This document shows positions 35,741-48,761 of a stretch of 64,000 nt of DNA, piece by piece. Made by a program: the position numbers and the translations under genes. This DNA comes from Octopus bimaculoides. Lineage: Eukaryota. Within the stretch, counting starts at the first letter, position 1. Each line of letters starts with the position of its first letter. The notes beneath the pieces are model-generated. The model ran no database searches. It had not been told where the DNA came from and saw nothing but the letters and a program-made list of their open reading frames with translations. The stretch is taken from NCBI RefSeq assembly GCF_001194135.2, contig NC_068988.1:16008006-16072005 (forward strand), read 5' to 3'.

Positions 35741-36044
35741 TGGAAGCATGCGCTGTAAAAGCACGTCGCTGCATCCACCATTTTGCTGATTATTTCCTAA
35801 TCCTGGCGAATGACGCCTTTGCACTACCCAGGCGACAACAGCTCCACCCCTTGGTTCTGTCTGAGTAGTGGTTGCTGGTGAGTTTTTACGAAGTCGGAGT
35901 GTAAATCCCACCTCAACCTCTTTCAGTCACTTTTTACAAGGCACAAGGAAATGTTGAGTCTATTCTTTGGCATACCGGTTCCCACACAGCACGATGATGA
36001 TGATAGTGAAGATGATGATAATAATAAGAATTCCAGTATAGGCT

Positions 36045-36260
36045 CAAGGCTAAATGCAGAGGAGGCGTTCAATATCGATGAAAACTGGACTTGAAGATAA
36101 CACGAAAGAATAACTATTGCCTACCTGATATACTGATAACACTTGGACTGAAAGAGAGATGCAGTGAGATCTGAACACAGAAATAATGAAAAATATCCAG
36201 AAGCAATAATGCAAGACGTCTATGATTATAACAGTAAAAAAAGTTTCTAACAAAAACACA
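36045..36260 (+). mobile_element. R4/Dong-type LINE fragment (post-RT region)
   Basis: SISMKTGLEDNTKE*LLPT*YTDNT resembles the RLE-LINE post-RT segment; homologous to 33.7 kb. Confidence 0.45.
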
Positions 36261-36269
36261 AGGTGTGAC

Positions 36270-36965
36270 ATTTGGCGGAGTAAATTAGTTGGTGAAATCA
36301 GTCCAAGTGTTTGACTGTAATTTTATCATCCCGAAAGGATGAAAGTCAATGTTGATTTCGTCATGATTTGAACTCCGAACATAAACACCACAAAGTACTT
36401 TACCCAACGGCCTAATGACTCTCCCAACATACGGTCCGTGCTCTGGTAATCCTTTTTTTTTTTTTAGTACAGGTACAAAGCTCGAAGCTATGACGGTGGA
36501 AGCTAGGCAATTACATCGACCCCGGTACTCAACTAGTATTGTTTTATCGATTCCGAAAGCACGAAAAGAAAAGTCAACCTTGGCGGAATGTAAACTCAGA
36601 CGGGTTGAAATGCTGCTAATCATTTTGTCCGATGCGCTAACGATTCTGCCGACTCACGGCCTTATACTGTATTCTAATAATAATTCTTTCTAACTTAGTC
36701 ACAAGGCCATAAGGGAGCGAGCCGGTAGAATCATTAGCACGCCAGGCAAAAGGTTTAGCGGTATTTCGTCTGTCCTTGGTTGTTCATATTCCATCGGAGT
36801 CAACTCTTCCTTTCAGCCTTTCCGGGGCGACAAAATAAGTTTAGTCAAATACTTTAGTGAAATATTTAGGCGGATAAAAAAAAGCTTAGTCAAATACCTG
36901 GGTCAATGCAATCGACTTCCACTTTCCTCAAAAATGCTGACCCTGTGCCAAAATTTGAAACCCAT
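36270..36965. mobile_element. SINE family A cluster: two minus copies, then one plus copy
   Basis: About 36270-36420 (-), 36470-36662 (-) and 36712-36965 (+, tail type 2). Confidence 0.8.
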
Positions 36966-37029
36966 ATAGTTACAAGACAATAGATTTTGAGTGCCGAAAG
37001 TTGACTGCATATTTTGTTATGTCTGTGGA

Positions 37030-37150
37030 AAGTCATTCTCTTTCGGTGCCTTATAATTTAACACACTCACCGGTAAAATTTCCACTTATTTCTTTTTTAT
37101 TTTCCTAAAATTTTCGTTGCGTCTTCCAGCCTTTTCAATAGTTTTGACTC
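37030..37150. mobile_element. Single arm of a long-TIR foldback element
   Basis: ataatttaacacactcaccggtaaaatttccacttatttctttttt...gccttttcaatagttttgactc matches the arms at 40860-41100. Confidence 0.8.
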
Positions 37151-37579
37151 TGTCCGTTACTCACACAGCGTTCCTTTTTGTTTGTTTGAGCGTATGTGTG
37201 TGTATCAATGTGTGTGTTTGTGTGTGTGTGTGTGTGCCTATAAATGCATGTATGTATGTATGTATGTATGTGTGTGTGTGCATATGTATCTATTTATGTG
37301 TGTACATTTATATTATGTATTCTGCATATTCATGTGTTTGCATGTCCGTGTTTGTGGTTTATGTATGTGTGTGTATGTTTGTATATATGTGTGTGTACCC
37401 CTGTTCCCTTGTGTGTGCATGTCTGAGTGTTGGTGTGTGTTTTGCAACTATCTACCGTGTTTGTATGTATGGATGCGCATCTCCATATGTGTCCTTGTGT
37501 GAGGTAAAGTGTGTGTGTTTATATACGGTCATGTGTTTCAGTCTTCATTTGCATATGTGTGCTTGTTTGTTCATATAAC

Positions 37580-37740
37580 CTATGTAACTATCGCTGTGTA
37601 TGTTGATCCGTTTACAACGGAACGAACACATAGGAAAACAAATAGCCACTTGGAATTATTCCTTCATCAGCTGCCTCTATTCTAAACTAGGTGTTTCGAA
37701 GATAAGGCAGGATGTACTCTTAGAATAGTTTCTTCCTGAA
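37580..37740 (-). repeat. Dispersed repeat with hammerhead-like motifs (possible PLE terminal repeat)
   Basis: Shares ccttcatcagctgcc...gtttcgaaga with 56169-56210. Confidence 0.5.
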
Positions 37741-37928
37741 TAGAGGATCAATCCACTAAACAGAGAATTCCAAGGTAGCAAACACAAACTAAGACAGGAA
37801 AAAATGGACAGTGAAAACAACAATAAAAAACCGTAGAGCCAAACGCGAATCGAATATTGAACGCTAGTGATAGGACGAAGCTGGACGGAGAAAAAACAGG
37901 TTCGTCTCGCCTTCATGGTGGCTGAAGT

Positions 37929-37974
<46 letters not shown>

Positions 37975-39469
37975 CATACACCCCACTCGCATACATACAT
38001 ACATCTTTCTACATAACAGCCCACTAACTATTCTACTCTACCTGTGTAAATTGTGGGTATGGGAATATGATATCTACTATGTATATTTCCTATTTAGGAA
38101 ATATACAAAGGAAATATACATAGTGGATGTCTATGGAAATATACATAGTGATGTCTATGGTTTATATACTCCTTATGAAATAATTTCCTCAATCACATCT
38201 CCTGAATTCCAGCTGCATGGAACTTTGCGTTATACTCTTCTTTATAGTATTACTATGTGATCTGTTAGCCGAGTCTGCTAGTGGTGTAATGTGTGAAGGC
38301 CACACGATTCTATGAATTGATATATTGGTTTAAACTTTTTTTACAAGACCAACAAATGTGTGAGGGGGGGGGGCATAGTGTATTAAATCGACCCCAGTGC
38401 TCAAATGCTACTTATTTTATCGACCCCAAAATGATGAAAGGCAAAGAATCATACAAACGATTCTGCCAGCTCACCGTTTTGTTAATCCATACATTACACT
38501 ATAAATTTATATATATATATATANNNNNNNNNNNNNNNNNNNNNNNNNNNNNNNNNNNNNNNNNNNNNNNNNNNNNNNNNNNNNNNNNNNNNNNNNNNNN
38601 NNNNNNNNNNNNNNNNNNNNNNNNNNNNNNNNNNNNNNNNNNNNNNNNNNNNNNNNNNNNNNNNNNNNNNNNNNNNNNNNNNNNNNNNNNNNNNNNNNNN
38701 NNNNNNNNNNNNNNNNNNNNNNNNNNNNNNNNNNNNNNNNNNNNNNNNNNNNNATAACCGTCAGCTCACAACACAATGTTTCTGAACATTTCTCGAAGAA
38801 GAGGTTCTAACCCCAAAATATTGAAATGTAAGATAAAAGTACAAACCATCGACGTATATTATTTCTTTTAACTTGTTTGATGCTATGGAAAAAAATTTAA
38901 GAAACAGTTATATATATATATATATATAACTATACTACTATATACTACTAAACACGTAACATATATAGTGTCAGCTTTCTAAATATACCAATTTCGTCCA
39001 ACATATCTTGCATGATATTATCTTTTAGCGTGATTTAAACTTGTGTTGTGAAGTTTACAGGTCTCGGTAGACTCTTTTGTGTTAGTCGATTTCTGGTACT
39101 GAAATTATTGCCATGAGTCTCTATAACTATGTGTGAACCAAAAGAATCACCTTAGGAGATTTCAATTTAGTTTCCCTAATTTTCTTTTCAGAAACTATAT
39201 TATATAAATTTCTTTGCCTGAACAATATTAAAATTCAATTAACTCGATGTTGTGTAGTAATATCTAACCTTTATTTTTGAAATGTTTGCATAAATATACA
39301 ACTGCAAAAATTTTACATATCAACATAAATACACGAAAACAACTTATTTAGTTAATAACGTTCTTTGAAAACTATAATGTTTTTAGCATACAAAGCCTAT
39401 CAATAAAATAGGCTAAATATTTACTTTCTACATTAACAACTATCTTTTAAATTAAAATATATATAAACA

Positions 39470-39668
39470 CGCTGAGCTGAGCGGATCGTTACCGCTCCAG
39501 ACAAAATTCTTAGTAGAATTTCTCCCGGTTTTACGTTCTGAGTTCAAATGTCACTGAAGTAGATTTGCCTTTCATCCTTTACAGGGGTGATAAAGTAAGT
39601 GCCAGTTGAGGGTCGATGTAATCGATTGGCTCCTACCCACAAGATTTCAGGTCTACAGTTTACTGTAG
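39470..39668 (+). mobile_element. Degenerate SINE family A, tail type 3
   Basis: ttacgttctgagttcaaat...gcctttcatcctttac...gggtcgatgtaatcgat...gtagaaaa. Confidence 0.75.
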
Positions 39669-40159
39669 AAAAAAAACAAACAAAAGATTGTGTTACATAC
39701 TAGTGGAATCCGTGAATATTACACGGAGTTAATGAAAAACCTATTGGCTTATTTCTGAAAACTTTATCCAAAACAACTGGAAGCGTAGCCTGTGTTTTGT
39801 CTGTATGGAAAAATAGTCACTCATCTGCTAATCTTTGGAAAGTAAAGGAAATGGAATACGATGATTACTTAATGCAGTTTATATGTATATACTTTATGCG
39901 CAATGTTATAGATTTAATACACAGCACTCATAAAATAAATATTGAAACGTATTTTTACATTTTTCTCATAAGCCAAAAAAAAAAACTAACCTGTACATAT
40001 GATACAACCTTTAATTAAATTGCATGTATTTGCCACGTAAATAAGCGTGAGAATTTCACGAAATTGCACTTATGAGCGTGCACCTAAGTGATAGGTGATA
40101 TGAAATTAAAAAATACACCTTTCACTATCCAGTAACCATCACCACTACCGCCACCACCA

Positions 40160-40324
40160 TCATCTCTGTCTCACCTCTGTCTCCCTCCTCTCTGTCTCCC
40201 TCCTCTCTGTCTCCCTCCTCTCTGTCTCCCTCTCTCTCTCCCTCCTCTCTGTCTCCCTCCTCTCTCTCCCTCCTCTCTCTCTCCTCTCTCTCTCCCTCCT
40301 CTTTCTCTCCTGTCTCTCTCCCTC

Positions 40325-40355
<31 letters not shown>

Positions 40356-40390
40356 CCTCCTCTCTCCGTCTTCTCCCCTCTCTCTGTGCC
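40160..40390. repeat. CT-rich ~15-bp tandem repeat (CTCTGTCTCCCTCCT) decaying to (CT)n
   Basis: Directly visible. Confidence 0.9.
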
Positions 40391-40859
40391 TTTCTTTAAC
40401 CTCACCATCAGAACATCACCCATCTGCTAAAAGTGTATTTCAATCTCTCCTCCTCTACTTTCAACTAACTTATTTAGCCACGTAATAAATATTACGTTTC
40501 CCCATCTCATTTTATGGACGCTTGTCTCTCATGCTTTTTCTTTCTCCCTCTTTTTGTCTTACTCATCGACTTATCTGCTGTTTCTCTATCTTTTTGCTTT
40601 CTCCTCCCTTTCTCTTCAACTAATCGCATGTTAGCGTTACAATTACATTCCCTCTCTCTTACGTCATGCACACTTTTATTTTCCTCTTTATCTCCCTCCT
40701 TCTTTTTCTCTTTCCGTCTTTTCTTTCTCCCTCTTTTTCTCCAATCACATGAAAGCGTTACCGACGGGCTAAGTAACACAATGACAAACAGAATTATTAT
40801 AAGACGGGAGTATAACTAATGAAAATATCCTATTTACCGTTGTGTTTGCGGCGAGTCAT

Positions 40860-41100
40860 ATAATTTAACACACTCACTGGTAAAATTTCCACTTATTTCT
40901 TTTTTATTTTTCTAAAATTTTCGTTGTGTCTTGCAACCTTTTCAATAGTTTTAACTCTCAAATCTATTGAAAAGNNNNNNNNNNNNNNNNNNNNAAAAGG
41001 TTGCAAGACGCAACGAAAATTTTAGAAAAATAAAAAAGAAATAAGTGGAAATTTTACTGTTGAGTGTGTTAAATTATAAGGCACCAAAAGAGAATGACTC
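40860..41100. mobile_element. Foldback element, long inverted arms around a 20-N gap
   Basis: 40860-40945 is the reverse complement of about 40995-41080; inner ttttcaatag/ctattgaaaa are also inverted. Confidence 0.8.
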
Positions 41101-43204
41101 TCCCCAGACACAACAGAATATGCTTCAATACACGAACTCACGTAAAGAATCTTGCAAACCAAATCCCAAAACGAAATATCCTATTTACGTTTTCCTAGTA
41201 ATAATTTTAAAGTATTATTTGCGCCCAGTTCCTTTCACTTATTGCATATATTTTACCTTGTTGACTTCATCTGTGGGCAAAATTAATATTCTTACATAAA
41301 CACCTAATTTAAAAGAATAAAAACTGTCCCTTTCATATAAATATAAACTTTTTGAGAGTAAAATGGTTGCTCCGAATATATTTTCCGGAGTGTGACACAA
41401 AAGATAGTCTGGAATGAAGGTATACTTTCTTAATGTAAATATTCCCCCTTTTTTAAGGGACTATTTAGATAACGCGCTGACATACGTTGGAGTGTCAGAA
41501 AAATTGCTTCTGATATTTATTCATCGAAATAATAAAAAAATAGTCTTTCTTTGTTAATTAAAAGTTTCTTTTGGAACACGAAGCAAAGTGTATATATAGG
41601 AAATGCTATTATATATAGATTCTTAACGTATTTTGAACATACTGACACCAAATGTTTCGATTTGAAGTTGGACTCAGAAATTATGAGTTTGTAATGTAGA
41701 TTCAGATGCGTGGTGAATGATTAAGTCAAGGTTAAAATATGTCAAGACAATGTAGAGACAGCACTATTGTCATTTATTGTATGCATAATCTCATTTGGTT
41801 GCCTCTGGTATATCTATAGTAGTCATACAGAAAATATAAGTGAGATTTAGTTCATGAACTCTTTATACAAAATGAAATATTCAAGCTTACATCTATAAAG
41901 TTCTAATCTATTTAGTCCGCATTAATCTTCCAATAAATACTCCAGAAAGATAATTTCCTTCCGTTGTTGTTCTAGTCTTAGTTTAAGTGAAGAATAATCA
42001 GTGTTTGCTTGTGATAACTGCCACAAACTCTGATCAAAAGCATTCCTAACTTGACCATCACATGCTATTAGATAAGACTATTTTAAAGGAGGTTTGACGT
42101 GCTGCAAGGAAAAAAGCCGGCTGCTTTTTCAAACACATCAATGACCATATAGCGGTTTCTTTGTTGATTATTGCATCTATTGCTATTGCTGTTGCTGTTG
42201 TTGGTTAACCCCAGCTATGCCTTTATTAAGGGTAGCTTTTGTGAAGGTGTTCTAATCGTAGTCACCTCGTCTTTATCGGGGTACAGTATTTCTAGGACTA
42301 CATTAACTAGTGTATCCGTCATTTTCCAAGCAATTAATATATTAATTAAGATATTAAGTGAGGTTTCTAACCACTCAATTAACTAAATGGGGTTCCTCTC
42401 GTTGACTTGGAATAAATAGTATTTAACACGTTGGTATGGTTATTATTGCATAGAAGGACTGTATAAGAGGGGGTGATTACTTGTCTTTCAGATACTATGC
42501 GGTGCAATATATATTCATTGCCATCAACATAAAATATAATGTCCATGCGTAAATCCCCTTTTCACTGCTTACTGGTTGAACATTCAGCCTTAAACTTTGC
42601 TCGCCGAGCAAAAGTAGATACTTCATTGAACACTATAAAATAGTCGTCTGTCATTGTTAGGATATAAAGTAGGTTCGTTCTTGACATCTGATGAGAGGCT
42701 TCGTATATACATACAGTTGTAAATATTCTAAGCTGGATTGAGACGTCAAGTAACTAAAGTGTTGAATCATATTGTAAAGAATATAAGTGTTGTTCAAATG
42801 TCAATTGGAATATTTTGCAAAAATTAACAGCTTCACATATTATGTGAAAACGAAAACAATATTGTTTAGATAATCTGCTGTATTTTGTATATATTATTTG
42901 TAGAATTAAAATACGTTTTAATTTGTTTTGACAAGTATATTTTCCTTTCACTGATTTTATCCTCTATCAGATAAAGACTAATTCAGTTCTAAATTTAAGA
43001 CATTTTATATTTCATATTTTATATTTCCATATTAATTATTATATTCCTATTTGTTGGCAAGGCTATTCAATTTTATTTTTTATGTAAATAAATGCATTAA
43101 AATGCACATTTCTTGCTCTAGTAACCTAAGTTTTAAAGTGCATATTTATAAATGTTTACACTCAGTCTTTACCCTTCATATTTAGCTGTGGGAGCTCGAA
43201 ATAT

Positions 43205-43385
43205 TGATTGTATCTGTAGTTCAAAGGCCCAGTTTTTCATACACTTGAGTCACGATGATCCTGTATTAGATTTACGTTAAATATACACGTGTCTTTGGAA
43301 TAATCAGCCATGTGTATTATCATTCGTTTAGCAGGTAATTGAGCTGAAGCACAACTAAACCTCATTGTCAAAGCCGACGGAAATC
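43205..43385 (+). mobile_element. Degenerate SINE family B 3' tail
   Basis: ttcaaaggccca...tacgttaaatatacacgtgtc...cagccatg...agccgacgga resembles 985-1145. Confidence 0.55.
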
Positions 43386-43520
43386 CAATTGTGTCTAAAC
43401 AAATCGGGTTGCTACTTGTTTTGCCGCTGGGACACCGGCGTATGCCAAATTGCTGCTATATTTTAAGTTAATTAAATTTATATTTCAATAATAACTGGCA
43501 CTTACAACGACGAGAATTCC

Positions 43521-43739
43521 AGTCCAAGTGGCTGCGCTCTCCCCAAACCATGTTCCCTTAACGTAGTTCTCAGAGAGAATATGACAAGGCTGGCCCTTTG
43601 AAATACAGGTGCTACTCATTTTTGCCAGCTGAATGAAATAAAGTGTATTGTTCAAGAGCACAACGCGCCGCCAGGAATCGAACTCACGACCTTACCCTCA
43701 CGATCCGAATACACTAACCACTAAGCCATGCGCCTTCAC
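43521..43739 (-). mobile_element. SINE family B2 (CORE-like middle)
   Basis: Reverse complement gtgaaggcgcatggcttagtggttag...gagttcgattcctgg...cagctggcaaaaatgagtag...tttcaaagggccagcc. Confidence 0.85.
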
Positions 43740-44099
43740 ATTTCAATAATAAGAGTCATAATAAATGGAGAGAAGCAAAAAAAGAAGCAGTCCAAAGTTG
43801 AAAACAGTGGGAAATGTGGTCGATGATCTATGATTCGTAGGAAACAAAAAGCCTAAGTAAGCATGTCCTGCTTCCAATTTACAAAGTTTCCGCCCTTATT
43901 TTTGTTATATTTTCTCAAAAGAAAGATGTTAAGACATTCTGAACATTGGTGGTTTCTATCTTTACATTTTTTCTATGTTTCAATATTCTGACGTTTTGTA
44001 CGACCTTTCGCTAGCAAATGAAGTATCAGCGATGCAACATTTACTTTGTTGCCATTTTCCGATGAGTTTAATTTTTATGAATACACTATGAAATAAGGC

Positions 44100-44680
44100 G
44101 TTACTTTTGAGCGCATGCCTTCTGCTATATGGATACAAATTCTCTGAAATTTCTAACTGGTAGTCTTGCATAATCTAAGTTTTACTTGGGAGTTACTGAG
44201 AATTTTATTTTATGAGGTGGGTGTTTCATAATCAGGAATTTACTATTAGATGACTTGTCCATTTTTACGACAAACTTTTCTTCTAACATAGCATATATGG
44301 TAGTCTGCATAGACTGTTAGTTTTTCATGCACAAATGTTCTGAAATTTACTTCTATCTTTTACTCCAGCACAAATAGGGTGTTAATTTTGATGACATGTC
44401 TTGTGCTATATGTGGGGCAATTAATACTTCTCTCTCCTTGATAATCTGGATTGTAAAAATTATTGTTGCACTTTGGCAAACTAAGCCTTATGGATGTTAT
44501 TTATTAATAACGATAGCCTTGTCTGACAGTTGTTGGTAAATTTCGTCTTGAGACCAGAAGTTAGTCGTTCTTAGGAACTGTGGTAACATTTCCAAGATAT
44601 TATCAAGTGTTATATGGGTCTGTCTCTAGATGTATTTCCGTTTTGGTACGTGGTATTTATAATGACAAAACCACTACAAA
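44100..44680 (-). pseudogene. Possible fossil PLE RT fragment
   Basis: Minus strand TLDNILEMLPQFLRTTNFWSQDEIYQQ resembles PLE I.ELL..CL...YF.F....Y.Q. Confidence 0.3.
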
Positions 44681-45269
44681 TAAGATAATTATTTGAAGGC
44701 TGATATTGGATGGAACACTGGCATGCTTTCGATTAATTGTATGAAATATTCTGATGTTTTGCATATGAAAACCTCACTATGTCAGGAGAATGTAAGTTGT
44801 CAGTCTACTGAGAAATCCAAAATATATGCCCTAAAAACCCAGAACTACCTCACTGACTCTCAATATAAACATCGGCCATAACAGTGTGCTAAAATGCTAA
44901 ATGTATGACTTGCTAGAAGTACACGAATACAGAGTTCAATCTCGGTTGTACAGCCACTGATTGTTTGACAAACCTTATTTCTTCACATCATAGGCAAAAA
45001 TGCAAACTCCTCACGGTCAGATTAAACTAGCAAATGATACCATAGCGGTGTTAAGATAATGTATAAGATCTGTCATTTCGATTACGAAATATAACAATAA
45101 GTGAAAGAGGTGATTATAGATTCACCATTATAAAAAATACCATGGGTCACATAAAAATAAGTATCTTCGAAAGTTTATTTTTCGAAAGAACAACACTAAA
45201 ACATGTAGTTTAGTTAAGATGTACACTTGGCACTTTTATTCTCTGGTAACAGAAAAAGGAGTTTGGTTT

Positions 45270-46000
45270 TTGTAGACTATATGAACTCACAACCTAACTG
45301 GATCAAATTTACCTTTAATTAAGTAAAACAGTATTGGAATTTCATTCCTGAATATACAAGTACAAAAAACGAAGCACATTTTATTAGAACAGCAGTCTAT
45401 TGGAAACCAATATTCATTGATCTTTGCATAAACTATGACTAACAGGATATATCATAAACATGTTAGGAACACAGTTATCGAATGCTTAGAAGGATCAAGC
45501 ATAAACGATCTGTATCGATGAATCAGTTTATAAAGGAGAAATAAATCACCTAAAATGCATTCACCAATAACAAATACTCAGTTCGTAAAATGGGAGTTAC
45601 ACCCCAAATCTATATAAATCCCACGAGGGTCTATCGAGAGATATTAACAGAAATTGCCAGACATATATCACTAGAACTATACGGAAAAGTAACACTGTAG
45701 TTCATTGTTTTGTCATAAAAATTGAACGAATCGAAGAGTAACCGGAACATAAGAACTGTCTCTTTATCATAAAAAAGCTCTTGCAAAATGTCTGACAAAG
45801 GTGTAATTGCCGGTGTCTAAAGGTCAGAATAGAGAAATTTTATCGGAGTGTTTTAATGAAAAGAGAAACGTTGAACTCAGGAATGACTGAACATATATAA
45901 TATCACAAGAAAAGAAAATATATTCAGCTACGGAATGAAGTCTTTATTGTAGATAAATTATCACAATGAAAAATGAAAAATCTCGCTTACTGATAATGCT
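45270..46000 (+). pseudogene. Fossil PLE (RT C-terminus to endonuclease)
   Basis: FVDYMNSQPNWIKFTFN...FIRTAVYWKPIFIDLCINY resembles PLE LN..HP.IKFT...TSVYRKPT; many stops. Confidence 0.5.
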
Positions 46001-46421
46001 ACCTATCAATTTGAGGGCTGTTATCAGCTCAATATGGCTGCTATTAATGAAAGATAAAATAGAAAAAAGCCCACACAAAACAAAACAAAAAATAAAAAAA
46101 TTGCAATAAAAATTGTTGTGGAAAGGGACGATACTACACTTCGTTTAACACTGAAATGTTACTGGTTTGGATATAGTTTGAAAAAATTATCCTTTTCTTT
46201 ACCGGTTTTAGTCACTGGGCTGCAGCCATATAGTTACAACATCTTCAAGGATTTTGGTCGATTGTTTGATATTTTAAAGTGATTGTTTCTGGAATCTCTG
46301 AGTTCGGAAACATAAATGACCAAAGCATACTCAGTAGAAGAGGTTTTTAAACTAGTGTTAACTTAAACGTAATCATACATATTTATATCGTAGAACATAA
46401 ACACAGACACATACACAAGCG

Positions 46422-46478
<57 letters not shown>

Positions 46479-47182
46479 ATACACAGAGACAAGCAAGCAA
46501 TGCATACATACTCACACACGCACACGCACGCACACACACACACACACACGCACACACACACAAACAGGCACATAAACACACACACTCACACACTCGCGTT
46601 CACACACACACACACAATTCTTTGGTAACCATATATTAAAAACTAGGCTATGAAGTCAATAAATTCGTGTGTAAAAGTGGAAGTTGAAAACTTCATGAAT
46701 CTAACTGTTAGATCTTTCATAAAGGTACAGCAGCAACATATTTATAACATGAAGAAACTGCAACAAGCTAGCACACTGACATACAAGGCTACATAACAAA
46801 ATATTAAAGGACAGTATGTACATACTATATAGATTTCCACCCAAATATGGACAATAAAATATGTAGGGAAAGCTCTTGTCATAGCACAAAATAAAAATTG
46901 ACACAATGTCAATATGCATACGTCACGAAGAAGACAGGCAATTATATCATTAAGTGGAGCACCGAACATTCAATTACTGGAGGTTAATTTGTCGAAATTG
47001 AAATCACTCAGTATAAGAAAGGACGTGTTGAAGTTAACGTCATTCTATGTCCGAAAGATGAGGCTGAGAGAGTTTGAAAGCCTCAATAAAATGAAATTAG
47101 AAATATCATTGTTACAAACAAACTACGAAGTACTGATACGGAGTTACAAATAATTACAAAACAATAACAAGAAAATAGGAGA

Positions 47183-47252
<70 letters not shown>

Positions 47253-47304
47253 GCTAGCTAGCGAGCAAGATGTCTGTCTGCCTGTTTATATGCACATATA
47301 TATG

Positions 47305-47988
47305 GAGGTTTCTGGACGGTCTTTGTGTTTAAGTTGGTGAATGCTGCCATAATCTTTGCCTTCAGTTCATCTTTGATTTTACAAGGTGCTTTGTGATCTC
47401 TCGCTCACTTGCACCCCACATATAATAATGAAGGGGGTTGCAGACTAGGGAGTTAGGTGGGCAGATGTTAGGGGTGATGTGATCGGAGAAATTGCCCGAC
47501 AGACATAATTGGGTTATCTTGGTTGTGTGGCATGGTGCAGAGTCCTGTTGCCAGACATAGGGTCTTCTTGCAGCCACTCCCTTGACCCAGGGCAGCGCTA
47601 CCTCCTCCAAGAATTTGATGTACGCCTCCGTGTTGCGTGTGGAAGATGAATGGGGGCATAACGATGCCGTCACTAGTGATCACTTCAAACACCATGATGT
47701 TGACTGGACGTTTGATTTTTATCACTCTCGATACATGTTTTGGAGATACGGCAAGCCAACGGTTGTTCTGAACTCTACGTATTGGGGCTTCCAGCGTGAA
47801 TGTGAAGCAGTAGAGCATGTCGTTTCCAAATTTCTGGCATAGTGAATTGCGTCATGGTGCTGTTTTCCTCACTGAGGGTACTCAACCGACCCTACTCTAC
47901 TGTGTAGTCGACAAAATAAACAACAAACAATGATCATGTCTGACATTAAAAATATAAAATGGCGACAATTTACCCATGGCACCCTGTA
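47305..47988 (-). mobile_element. Internally deleted maT/DD37D-type mariner, copy 2
   Basis: End caccctgTA; NNRWLAVSPKH...NIMVFEVITSDG, YVWQQDSAPCH, CPPNSLVCNPLHYYMWG. Confidence 0.88.
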
Positions 47989-48286
47989 TATATAAAGCAA
48001 CGGTACCTCTGTAGACTTTCTATCTACGACGTATGTTCTATTTAGAAGAAAAAAAAGCAGATAATAAAAAGCCCTACTTTTCTATTTTAAATATGATGTT
48101 TCCAGTTTATATTTATATAAATATATCAATGCTTCCCTACAGTTTTTCGCTAATATAAATGCCTCTGAATATAATGTGATGTATTGTTCGCCTAGAAAAA
48201 CACTTTATCTTTTCCTAAATACTGTTGACAGATTAATTAATGGTAAAAAATCTCGAAACAGACAAATCAGATGAATGACACACACT

Positions 48287-48331
<45 letters not shown>

Positions 48332-48501
48332 ACGCACACACACATAAATGTATACATATATAAAAGAAAAGTTCAGAAAGATTGTATAAATTTGCGGGCG
48401 ATAAAATTTCCTTTTATAATTTTATTGTCTCAGTTGGTTTAAAAATAATTCCTATTTCACAGTACTTGAGGAATGTGTGTTTAAAAGCTGTTCACGTTTA
48501 G

Positions 48502-48544
<43 letters not shown>

Positions 48545-48572
48545 CATATATATATATACATATGCATATATG

Positions 48573-48611
<39 letters not shown>

Positions 48612-48669
48612 TTGTGTATGCATAAATACACATACATACATTCATGCATGCATACATGCATATACTCAC

Positions 48670-48761
48670 TAAGTGAGGAAATATTAATTGAACCGTTGTA
48701 TAGATAGACATCACATCAGCGTCTTCATCAGAGTGAGGTTTCTCCGGAGGTAGAAAATCGA
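48670..48761 (-). CDS. Candidate 92-nt exon ([31 protein letters not shown]), unverified
   Basis: Acceptor ttttgattgttcttctag, donor gtgagt and an open phase 1-0 frame; no recognised domain. Confidence 0.2.

Noticed and set aside
35428-35781. Thr/Lys-rich mucin-like ORF
   Set aside because: It is a translation of the compound trinucleotide repeat and runs into a SINE remnant.
37117-37578. Cys/Val/Tyr-rich ORFs (also 13.4-14.1, 46.4, 57.1-57.9 and 60.0-60.5 kb)
   Set aside because: Translations of (TG)n/(TA)n/(TACA)n microsatellites and N-gaps.
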